DNA of 64,000 nucleotides, taken from assembly GCA_964402565.1 (NCBI GenBank), contig CAYOCJ010000002.1, positions 316,659-380,658 on the forward strand. Reading direction: 5' to 3'. Each line of letters starts with the position of its first letter. The first letter of the stretch is position 1. The notes beneath the pieces are model-generated. The model was not told where the DNA came from. It made no database searches and worked only from the letters and a program-made list of their open reading frames with translations. Positions 9,341 through 17,670 of the stretch are shown piece after piece. The position numbers and the translations under genes were made by a program. This stretch comes from an uncultured Gammaproteobacteria bacterium (lineage in GTDB: Bacteria > Patescibacteriota > Patescibacteriia > UBA1558 > 2-01-FULL-52-15).

Positions 9341-10234
9341 ATGAAAAAGTATTTGCGATCTCGGAACGTCTGGCTGCAGGTAAGCTTGGTCGCTCTTGCA
9401 TTGGTTATCGTCTACAGCATCATCGGCCTCTACGGCGCACAACCGAAAACAAAAACGCCTGCCGGCATGCCGGTTTCAGCGACGATTTATCCGGTCTATG
9501 ATCTGGTCCGCCGTGTCGGCGGCGAAAAAGTGAATGTGCAATTACTGCTGCCTGAGGGCGATGGCCCGGATGTCTTGACGAGTCTGTATAATGGCGTTGA
9601 CCTGAGCAAGAGCCGTGCACTTTTCGCCGTTGGTTTGAATTATGATACCGCAGGTCTTCCGCCAGACCAGACGTCAAAGCTCACGACCTTGGATAAGGAT
9701 ATCAACGTATTACTGGAACAAGGCTCGGTAGGCAGTCCGTATTACTGGTTATCAGTCCGTAACGCTGAACAGATGACAAAGACCATTGCAGACAAGCTCG
9801 CTGAACTTGATCCTGGCTCGAAGGACTATTACATGAAACAGCGCGATATTGTTATTGAACAGCTCTCCGCGATCGATACAGAAATAGCATCCCTGCTCGC
9901 CAAAGTTCCAAGAAAGTCTCTGGTTATCTATGGCTATGATTGGGGCTACTTCGCGCAGGATTATGGTTTAGATATTGCAGCCTATGAACCCGCAGGCGAT
10001 ATCAGCGAAGCGCGGGTCGAGGAATTGAGAAAGACAATGAGCGATAATGGCTTGATCGCTATTTTCTCTGACATCAGATTATCGCCGACTGCGTTCTTGC
10101 CGGCAATGAGCAAGAAGTATTTTTCAGTGTATAACCTCGATGTGTACGGCGGGGTTGAGGATAGGAAAAGCTATGACCTTACCATGGCGTATAATGCGAA
10201 AACCATATACCAGGGCCTGACCGGCGCACCCTAG
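9341..10234 (+). CDS. ZnuA/TroA-fold solute-binding protein, metal ligands degenerate
   Basis: ATIYPVYD....GG, LAELDP....Y, YFAQDYGL; N-terminal anchor. Confidence 0.8.
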   Translation: MKKYLRSRNVWLQVSLVALALVIVYSIIGLYGAQPKTKTPAGMPVSATIYPVYDLVRRVGGEKVNVQLLLPEGDGPDVLTSLYNGVDLSKSRALFAVGLNYDTAGLPPDQTSKLTTLDKDINVLLEQGSVGSPYYWLSVRNAEQMTKTIADKLAELDPGSKDYYMKQRDIVIEQLSAIDTEIASLLAKVPRKSLVIYGYDWGYFAQDYGLDIAAYEPAGDISEARVEELRKTMSDNGLIAIFSDIRLSPTAFLPAMSKKYFSVYNLDVYGGVEDRKSYDLTMAYNAKTIYQGLTGAP

Positions 10235-10815
10235 GAGTTTTTTGAAATGCTGAGGTTGTAAGCGACGATGCTCAAGACCGCACAAAGCAACCCGCAGTAG
10301 TATATGAAAATAGAAGCGACGAGTATCGATAGCGAATGGGCTGACATGAAGAGCAATAGCGTAGCGATGAAGTAGAACGCTGTTTTTGTTTTGCCGAACA
10401 TGTTCGCGTCGATGCGCGGCTCCTTGCCGTATCTGAATACCCAGACTGCAGACGTTGATGCAGCGCCGAGCACCGTCACGATCTCGACAATAATGATGGC
10501 AATAAATAAATTTGCCGGCAGCATACTGAATCCGAGGAGAATAAACGTTGTGATGAAAAAAAGTTTGTCGGCGATGGGATCAAGGGCAGCGCCTAAGGCC
10601 GTTTGTTGGTTTCTCAGTCTTGCCATTGACCCGTCGAGCACATCGAGGGCTGAAGCAAGTATGAAAAGCAAGACTGCCAAAATCCACATTGCATAAATAA
10701 TTGCCAATGCGATCGGAAAGAGCAGCAGGATGCGAATGAGCGCGAGATGATTTGGACGCAATGCCATGGGCATCATGTCGACGATCGGTTTTAATGAAGA
10801 ATCAAGATTGCGCAT
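10231..10815 (-). CDS. CDP-alcohol phosphatidyltransferase (PgsA-like)
   Basis: D..DG..AR......GA.LDP.ADK signature. Confidence 0.92.
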   Translation of the reverse strand: MRNLDSSLKPIVDMMPMALRPNHLALIRILLLFPIALAIIYAMWILAVLLFILASALDVLDGSMARLRNQQTALGAALDPIADKLFFITTFILLGFSMLPANLFIAIIIVEIVTVLGAASTSAVWVFRYGKEPRIDANMFGKTKTAFYFIATLLLFMSAHSLSILVASIFIYYCGLLCAVLSIVAYNLSISKNS

Positions 10816-10819
10816 AGTA

Positions 10820-11683
10820 TTATGGGGTTATAAATGGTTGTTTACGAGGAATGATCTCGATATCCAGCGAAGGCTGTTCCAGCAGCGGTTCGCCGTCTAT
10901 TTGCGGGCGCGACCGTCCTATGTCACGCAACGAAAAACGCGATCCGGGGATCAAGACGAAATGTTTTGGCTTCCCGCGCCTGAGGTAGAAATCAATGAGC
11001 AGGCCGAACATTGAAAAAAATGTTTTATTTTTGGTAACTGCCAGCTCAAAGATGCCGTCACGAAAATCGGCCACCCGCGCAGAATGTATGCCGAATAGAT
11101 TCGACGTGTTCACGATGAATAAACTGTGCCCGATCTCAGAGTAGGACCGGTCATCGACCGTAAAGATGAAGGTATGCTGAGGCAGTTTCATTTCGCGTAT
11201 AAATGACCAGAAGTAACCCGCAAAGCCGATTATTTTTTTCAATTGGTGGTCGGTACTGGCAATACGATGGCTGAAGTAACCAAGCGCGAATGCACCGATG
11301 AAATATTCTCCGGTAGAAAGTTTTCCGACATCGATCGTCGTGGTTTTGCCACGACGTATGCTTTGCACAGCCTCGGATACGAGGAAAGGCAGGCCTAGGC
11401 TTTTCGCGAGCAGATTGGCAGAACCGCGGGGGATCAATGCAATAGGAATATCCAGTTTTGATTCCTGGAGCAGCTGTACCACCGTGCGAAGAGTGCCGTC
11501 GCCGCCGATAACGATAATGCAATGATGATCCCTGAGATGCTCTGATGTCACTGTTGTTTCGCGAATATTCACGCTGTCGACCGCATATTCTTCATGCGGC
11601 AGCATGCGTATGAGCTTTCGGTACGCATGTTCTACGCGGTGCCTGCCTGAACTCGGGTTATAGACGATACAGAGCTTCTGCAT
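10820..11683 (-). CDS. Diacylglycerol/lipid kinase family protein
   Basis: NPSSG, GGDGT, IP.GSAN, QIDGE. Confidence 0.92.
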   Translation of the reverse strand: MQKLCIVYNPSSGRHRVEHAYRKLIRMLPHEEYAVDSVNIRETTVTSEHLRDHHCIIVIGGDGTLRTVVQLLQESKLDIPIALIPRGSANLLAKSLGLPFLVSEAVQSIRRGKTTTIDVGKLSTGEYFIGAFALGYFSHRIASTDHQLKKIIGFAGYFWSFIREMKLPQHTFIFTVDDRSYSEIGHSLFIVNTSNLFGIHSARVADFRDGIFELAVTKNKTFFSMFGLLIDFYLRRGKPKHFVLIPGSRFSLRDIGRSRPQIDGEPLLEQPSLDIEIIPRKQPFITP

Positions 11684-11684
11684 G

Positions 11685-12245
11685 TTACCACCACACCTTT
11701 TTAATTTTCAGTATATACGCAGCAATATTCGTCAACGGATGGGCGATCAAGGTCATGACGCAGGCAACTATGATGATCCGCGTCGGCCAGGGAACGATCA
11801 AAGATGTGGTGGCGATATAGCCTATGATAAAATCAAGCTGATCGAATACAGGCCACGGGCTGCCAGAAGGAATTTTAAAGCGGCGTTTAGCAAAACTTTT
11901 GAGCAAGTCTCCGCCGAGAGCGCCTGCTCCGCCAATGAATCCGAACATGAGCGGATCGATATGCGCGAAGTCTATGAATGAATTCACCTGAATGACACGG
12001 AATATCCAGAGGAAATATTGAATGACGCCGACGAACATGGCAGTGAGGACTCCTATTACCACACCGCGATAGGTCTTATGATCACCGAAAACACGCGCGC
12101 CCCAAAGTTTTTGTTCTCCGTCAACAGGTATCGCGAGATAGGGCAAAAAATTCAGGCGCGCTGCAATGACCGGCGCCATATTTGCGCCATATGCCGGCAG
12201 CAATGCGTATAATGTGATCCCGACAAGCTCAATGAGTTCTATCAT
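11685..12245 (-). CDS. CDP-archaeol synthase (CarS/DUF46) family protein
   Basis: PAY.AN.APV, P.D, FG.HKT.RG, GDL.KSF.KRR, FDQLDF. Confidence 0.85.
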   Translation of the reverse strand: MIELIELVGITLYALLPAYGANMAPVIAARLNFLPYLAIPVDGEQKLWGARVFGDHKTYRGVVIGVLTAMFVGVIQYFLWIFRVIQVNSFIDFAHIDPLMFGFIGGAGALGGDLLKSFAKRRFKIPSGSPWPVFDQLDFIIGYIATTSLIVPWPTRIIIVACVMTLIAHPLTNIAAYILKIKKVWW

Positions 12246-13357
12246 AGGCGTTCATGCGATGACAGCAGTTGTTCCAGTGCTTGCAGCGTTTTTTCTGCAG
12301 TTTTCTTCCAGGAAAACAATTCTACCCGCGCAGTTCCCCGTTCTATCAGCTTCTCCCGCATTTCGCTATTGTACAGGATGTCTTTGAGCGCATCGCGCAC
12401 CTTGCCGGGCTTGCCTCGAGGCACGATATAGGTCGCATCGCCTCCAACTTCTGGCAGAGCAGCCTGGTTACTGGTAATGACCGGGGTTCTGGCTGACATA
12501 GCTTCAAGCAATGGGATCCCGAAACCTTCGTACGCCGAAAGAAGAATGAAAGCCTTAGCTTCTGCAAGGAGCGTATGCTTCTCAGGTTCGCTTACCCAGC
12601 CGACAATTTTTATATCATTTTTATAATGAGAAGCATTGATGACTTTTTCAATCTCTTCCCATCCATGCCCCTTGACTCCTACCAGCACAAGCTCGAAATC
12701 GCGGCCCCATGATTCATCCTTAATCATATTGAATGCATCGACGATCACGGCGACGTTTTTTTTGCGTTCCAATCTTCCGACATAGAGTATAAAAGGATTT
12801 TTGAGGCCATACTTGGTCATCACCACCTGCGCATTTGCTTTTGTCTCATGAGAAAAGCCCAGCGGCGTTACTATGATCTTCTTTGGATCAATCCCATAGT
12901 ATTTCGTGATCTCTTTTTTTGAGAATTCAGAAACGGTCAGTATGCGCGGAAGTTTTTTTGCAATTTTTGCTGCAAAGTCCAGATACATCCGGCTCTTTCT
13001 GCTGTAACTTTCCGGATAGGGAAGATAGGCAACATCGTGTATCGTCGTGATGGTCTTGGCTGGATGAATGATCGGGATAATTTGCGCAGGTATAAAGAGA
13101 AGATCCGGAGGATTCACCAGCATCTCAAATGAAAGTCGAAATTGCGTCCAGAGATATTTGAAAGGCCATTTGAGAATTCGATATTCAAATGCTGGACCGA
13201 GGTTAGCGAGGCCTGGCTCAGGCGCGGAGTTAAAATATAAACGGTAGGTATGCTTCGCCGGAAGTGAAGCGAGTTCTCGTATCAGATAGTAGGAGTACCA
13301 CTCGACGCCTGTTTTGTTAGCTTTATTTGCGCGGGTCGCGTCAATGCCAATTATCAT
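12242..13357 (-). CDS. Glycosyltransferase family 4
   Basis: TIHD, VGRLE.KKN, YEGFGIPLLEAM. Confidence 0.93.
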   Translation of the reverse strand: MIIGIDATRANKANKTGVEWYSYYLIRELASLPAKHTYRLYFNSAPEPGLANLGPAFEYRILKWPFKYLWTQFRLSFEMLVNPPDLLFIPAQIIPIIHPAKTITTIHDVAYLPYPESYSRKSRMYLDFAAKIAKKLPRILTVSEFSKKEITKYYGIDPKKIIVTPLGFSHETKANAQVVMTKYGLKNPFILYVGRLERKKNVAVIVDAFNMIKDESWGRDFELVLVGVKGHGWEEIEKVINASHYKNDIKIVGWVSEPEKHTLLAEAKAFILLSAYEGFGIPLLEAMSARTPVITSNQAALPEVGGDATYIVPRGKPGKVRDALKDILYNSEMREKLIERGTARVELFSWKKTAEKTLQALEQLLSSHERL

Positions 13358-13426
13358 GGGTATAGTATACGAGATTATTGTATTAGTTGCGAGGTTATCT
13401 GGCGGTGAGTAGCCTTTAAGTAGATA

Positions 13427-13483
13427 TTGACAAAAAGCTAATATTATGGTATTATACTAATATTAGCATAAAGTTCCTTTAAA
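13427..13483 (+). promoter_or_regulatory. Sigma70 promoter plus weak boxA-like element
   Basis: TTGACA-17-TATTAT; AGTTCCTTTAAA 13472-13483. Confidence 0.65.
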
Positions 13484-13488
13484 TAAGT

Positions 13489-13700
13489 CTAGTCTTGCAA
13501 CTAGCTGGCATCAAAGCCTTTCTCCAACCTGTCATGGGTCGCGGAAAGGTCATGCGCCCCATACAAACTTTGGGCGCTCGCCAGAGCCGATGCGCATCTT
13601 TCTAGATACGACCGGCTCTCCGATTTTCGCTCCGCGAAACATCGGAGCTGCTTGCAATACTAGACATCCTAGTCAAAACTTCCAGCGCCTAGGGCGCTTC
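13489..13700 (+). ncRNA. Candidate structured 5' leader RNA
   Basis: Nested stems CTGGC/GCCAG, CCTTTC/GAAAGG, GCGCCC/GGGCGC, CTCCGAT/ATCGGAG, AGCGCC/GGCGCT. Confidence 0.35.
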
Positions 13701-13712
13701 AAGGGGACTCCC

Positions 13713-14093
13713 ATGGGACAGGAACTTTTCATGTTCAGTTACGGAACCGCAGCGATCATCGTCGGGTGCATTCTCGGTATGGCGCTCGTCGCTTCGCCGA
13801 AGAAGCCCGTGCCGAACAAAGCGATCGTATTCACTGCCGCTGCATGCGCCGGAGCTGTGATCCAGGCGATCTTGCTCCATCGGTGGCAACACTCATCGTC
13901 CAGCTTCTTCATCAACCATGATCTCACACGCGGCGGTGAGTACCTCTACTACGCCTGGTTCGCGCACCTCACCCTCATCGTGGCCACATTCGTGGTCTCG
14001 TTGCTGGTGACGTACATCGGCGCGTACATGTCGATGATCTCGTCGTACAGCAAACAGTCGGACGCCCATCGTCGTCCCAACACTTTCCTCTAA
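13713..14093 (+). CDS. Hypothetical membrane protein (about 3 TM)
   Basis: AAGGGG SD before ATG 13713; hydrophobic segments. Confidence 0.65.
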   Translation: MGQELFMFSYGTAAIIVGCILGMALVASPKKPVPNKAIVFTAAACAGAVIQAILLHRWQHSSSSFFINHDLTRGGEYLYYAWFAHLTLIVATFVVSLLVTYIGAYMSMISSYSKQSDAHRRPNTFL

Positions 14094-14103
14094 GGAGAAT
14101 GTC

Positions 14104-14334
14104 ATGCGATTCAACCGAATCATCATGACCTTCCTGTTCGGAGGGAGCAGGGAGTCTCGGCCTTTCGACAATCCCAACAAGCGCCTCTACGATGAGGTCG
14201 CGATCGCGACGGAACGCAGCGCCGAGCTGCAACTCTTGCTCGGAACCGGGCGCTTTGGTTTCACCTTCGGCCGTGATCGTAGGGAAATCGAGAACGGCAT
14301 GCGGCCGATCGTGAGAGGTGGCAATGCAAACTAG
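14104..14334 (+). CDS. Hypothetical 76-aa protein
   Basis: TAAGGAG SD; hairpin/U-tract terminator about 14354-14397. Confidence 0.55.
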   Translation: MRFNRIIMTFLFGGSRESRPFDNPNKRLYDEVAIATERSAELQLLLGTGRFGFTFGRDRREIENGMRPIVRGGNAN

Positions 14335-14399
14335 GAAATGCCCTTCGGGGTACGGCGGGCTTCAGTGGTTCTCACTGGATGACCCGCCTTTTTGTTTCT

Positions 14400-14906
14400 C
14401 TAATTTTTGACATAGAGATACAGCTTCCCTTGTTGAACCTCTGGCTTCCAGGTAGGAAATGGATATCGATTCACGACAACTCGAGAGCCTGGTTTCAATT
14501 CCTTTTGTAATTTTTCTTCTAGACGCTTCATGATATACGGAATGCCAAAGATCGTAATGACAGTGTATTTAGAAAAATCATGATTCCAGGTAGAGCCTCT
14601 CATGATATGAATTTTTGAACGAAGTTTTTTTGGTATTCGCATCTTGCTCCAAATAACAAGAAAAGGGTTAATTTCAATTCCATACGCTTCAGCTCCGGTC
14701 TCAGCTAATGCATAGACCAGTCTGCCGTCGCCAGAACCAATGTCGATAGCTTGTTCGCCTGGTTTGACGGCAGCGAGGTTGATAATCCCCGCTAAGCCGC
14801 TTTGTTTGGTTGGAGCGAAAGGGGCGCCAGTAAAAAACGTTGGTAAAAAAGTAAAAATAAAAGCACTCATCAAGACGATCAAAACAAGGTCGAGTATCAT
14901 TTCCAT
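14400..14906 (-). CDS. Membrane-anchored SAM-dependent methyltransferase (FAM173-like)
   Basis: GAPFAPT, DIGSGDGR, GIEINP, LKPGSRVV. Confidence 0.88.
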   Translation of the reverse strand: MEMILDLVLIVLMSAFIFTFLPTFFTGAPFAPTKQSGLAGIINLAAVKPGEQAIDIGSGDGRLVYALAETGAEAYGIEINPFLVIWSKMRIPKKLRSKIHIMRGSTWNHDFSKYTVITIFGIPYIMKRLEEKLQKELKPGSRVVVNRYPFPTWKPEVQQGKLYLYVKN

Positions 14907-14979
14907 GTGCCTAGTATAAGGCATTTCAGTGAATTCGCAACCAGGTTCACTTTTTTTGATGCTCAGGTATACTGCATGC

Positions 14980-15624
14980 ATGACAAAACAAGAGAAAGCC
15001 CGTGAGGTCTTGCGGCGACTAAAGCAGGAATACAAGAAACCCGGTCCTTTTGTCGAATGGAAAACGCCTTTAGAATTGGTCGTGGGCACGGTGTTGTCTG
15101 CACAATGCACTGATGCGCGGGTGAATATGGTGACGAGGACATTATTTAAAAAATACAGAACCGCGAGTCAGTATGCACACGCTAATATCCGCGCGCTGGA
15201 AAAAGAAATATATTCAACAGGTTTTTATAAGAGTAAAGCCCGCTATCTGAAAGGAATAGGGCTGTTGCTGAAAAACGAATTCGCAGGAAAGATTCCCCGG
15301 AAGAAAGAAGACCTGTTGCGGCTGCCCGGCGTTTCGCATAAGAGTGCGAACCTCATCATGTCGAAATTGTATAACGAACATGTGGGAGTAGCCGTTGACA
15401 CGCATGTGAAGCGCGTGGCGCCGCGCCTGGGCCTGACCAAACGCCATTCGCCAGAGCATATTGCAGCTGACCTTGAGCAATTGCTTGATCCGAAAGATTT
15501 TCTCAGCATGAACGAATATCTTATCACGCATGGGCGCGCGATCTGCAAACCACAGAATCCGCTGTGCGGAAGCTGTGTGCTGGCAGACATATGCCCCTCG
15601 GCAAAAAAATTTCTCCGCCATTGA
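14980..15624 (+). CDS. nth: Endonuclease III
   Basis: LSAQCTD, HhH LPGV..K, VDTHV, C-X6-C-X2-C-X5-C. Confidence 0.95.
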   Translation: MTKQEKAREVLRRLKQEYKKPGPFVEWKTPLELVVGTVLSAQCTDARVNMVTRTLFKKYRTASQYAHANIRALEKEIYSTGFYKSKARYLKGIGLLLKNEFAGKIPRKKEDLLRLPGVSHKSANLIMSKLYNEHVGVAVDTHVKRVAPRLGLTKRHSPEHIAADLEQLLDPKDFLSMNEYLITHGRAICKPQNPLCGSCVLADICPSAKKFLRH

Positions 15625-15665
15625 AACATCTTGTCTGTTCTGTTGTACTATGATATAGGGTAGCT

Positions 15666-16232
15666 ATGATTGAGCTTACTGATGAAGAAATCGCAGCCCG
15701 CGTACAGCGCGGCGATATTGAATCATTTGCTATGTTGGTTGATCGGTATCGAGACAAGATTCAGCGTTATGCACGGCGGTTTTTATTTTCCGGAGAAGAT
15801 GTCGATGATGTGGTCCAGGAATCATTCATAAAGGCCTACGTGAACATACAAAGTTTCGATACGGATCGTAAATTTTCTCCGTGGATGTATCGCATAGCCC
15901 ACAATGAGTTCATCAATACGATCAAGAAACGCGGTCGGGAAAAGACATCGTATATAGATCTGGACACATTGATCCCTCAGCTGGCAGCTCCTGAAACAAC
16001 GGATAGCGATATTCATAAAGAAGAACTGCGGCGCGAACTTGATACGTCGCTCGAAAAATTACCCTCGAAATATCGAGAGCCATTAGTGTTGTATTATTTT
16101 GAAGATATGAATTACAAAGAGATCGCAGATATTTTGCATTTGCCGGTTGCGACCGTCGGGGTTCGGTTGCGTCGGGGAAAAATAGCTTTGCAGTCATTGG
16201 TCCGCGGAAAGGAGGAACATGGAACACAATAA
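15666..16232 (+). CDS. ECF sigma factor
   Basis: DVVQE.FIKAY, FS.W.YRIA.N, region 4 HTH. Confidence 0.93.
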   Translation: MIELTDEEIAARVQRGDIESFAMLVDRYRDKIQRYARRFLFSGEDVDDVVQESFIKAYVNIQSFDTDRKFSPWMYRIAHNEFINTIKKRGREKTSYIDLDTLIPQLAAPETTDSDIHKEELRRELDTSLEKLPSKYREPLVLYYFEDMNYKEIADILHLPVATVGVRLRRGKIALQSLVRGKEEHGTQ

Positions 16233-16929
16233 TGTACATAAACAATCCAGCGTAGATATACTGGAGAAGATCAAGAAAGGGAGCATCAAGATGCGCCCGA
16301 AGTGGCATTTTGCATTGAATGCAGGACTGCTCATTACCGGCACGCTCATCGTCTGCATGACCTTGGTGTATCTGGGCAGCTTTATCTATTACAGCCTGCA
16401 CAGGACTGGCGTCATGTTCGCACCGGAATTTGGATTGCAGGGCTGGTATGTATTCCTTATTTCATTGCCGTGGTTATTGATCGCTTTGTCGCTATGTTTC
16501 ATAGTCATTCTTGAATTGCTCGTGCGGCATTATGCATTCGCATATCGACTCCCGCTCCTGTACAGCCTCTTGAGCATCGTCGTTGTTATTTTTGTCGGCG
16601 GCGTCATCGTGAATCAAACGCCGTTGCATCAGCGCCTGATGCGATCCGCTGACGATGAGAATTTGCCTTTCGCTGGCCGCATGTATCGCGCCTACGGGCG
16701 GCCTCGGTTGCCTCAGGTGCATGCAGGCATCGTCACCGGATTGAATGATGATGGTTGTGACATGGAAGATCTGCGAGGCGATACGCTCTCAGTATTTATA
16801 ACTCCTCAGACTCGCATGCCGGTCGGCATGCCGCTGCTCATCGGCGATCACATCGTAGTGATCGGGCAGCGCTTCAATGATACGATACGCGCGTTCGGAA
16901 TTCGCAAAGTATTGGACTGGAACGAGTAA
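16219..16929 (+). CDS. Membrane protein, probable anti-sigma partner
   Basis: Overlaps the sigma stop; 3 TM plus C-terminal beta domain. Confidence 0.6.
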   Translation: MEHNNVHKQSSVDILEKIKKGSIKMRPKWHFALNAGLLITGTLIVCMTLVYLGSFIYYSLHRTGVMFAPEFGLQGWYVFLISLPWLLIALSLCFIVILELLVRHYAFAYRLPLLYSLLSIVVVIFVGGVIVNQTPLHQRLMRSADDENLPFAGRMYRAYGRPRLPQVHAGIVTGLNDDGCDMEDLRGDTLSVFITPQTRMPVGMPLLIGDHIVVIGQRFNDTIRAFGIRKVLDWNE

Positions 16930-17115
16930 TGAAATATTCGCGAATGCCCCTCTGTAGTAGTTAGGGCAAAGGGTCGAAGAGGCATAGGGCCGACTGAGAG
17001 ATGTACGCTTTTCTTTGACCCTTTAGTTCGGCCCTCTCGTGTGGGCGATAGTGCAACACGCTCTCAATGTTCGTTGTCGTTCTTAACACGGTTCTAATAC
17101 GTAAAAGCGATCAGT

Positions 17116-17556
17116 ATGAAAAGAAACATGTTAGTGTATGCGTTCTTGCCTGCAGTTCTCGGCTTGGGCATCGTTTCAGTGAAAGCGGTTTCTGCCCATG
17201 GATTTATGGGAGGATGGGGCGCAGTCTCGCCTGACGAACTAGCGACGAAGCATCAAACGATGTTCCAGGAACAAGCAGACATCTTGGGCATCAGCGTCGA
17301 TGATGTGAAGAACGCATGGGCTGATGGAAAAACATTGATGGAGCTTGCTCAGGAGAAGGGCATCACGCAGGAGCAGCTGCAAACTAAGATGCAAGAGCTG
17401 CGGAACAGCCAGATGAAATCCCAGCTGCAAACCTTAGTCGATAAGGGCATCATTACGCAGGCTCAGGCTGATAAGCGACTTGCCACAATGCAAAATAAAT
17501 TGAGCCAGGGAGGCCATCGTATGGGTCGAGGTTTCCGGGGCATGGGAATGTGGTAA
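17116..17556 (+). CDS. Secreted helical protein
   Basis: Signal peptide; GKTL.ELA..KGI and LVDKG.ITQ.QAD. Confidence 0.7.
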   Translation: MKRNMLVYAFLPAVLGLGIVSVKAVSAHGFMGGWGAVSPDELATKHQTMFQEQADILGISVDDVKNAWADGKTLMELAQEKGITQEQLQTKMQELRNSQMKSQLQTLVDKGIITQAQADKRLATMQNKLSQGGHRMGRGFRGMGMW

Positions 17557-17670
17557 GCAGATCTTTCCATCGGTAACGTCAATGTATATATAGCACCAGT
17601 ACATCTCTGCCTGTCGAGTAGTTCGGGCAGAGATGTACTATTTGTAAGAACGGAGTAGTATAAAGTCGAT

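Noticed and set aside
8930-15110. Apparent overlaps between divergent genes (8930-9442 with 9269; 14400-15110 with 14929)
   Set aside because: The overlaps vanish once starts are moved to the ATGs following the -10 boxes.
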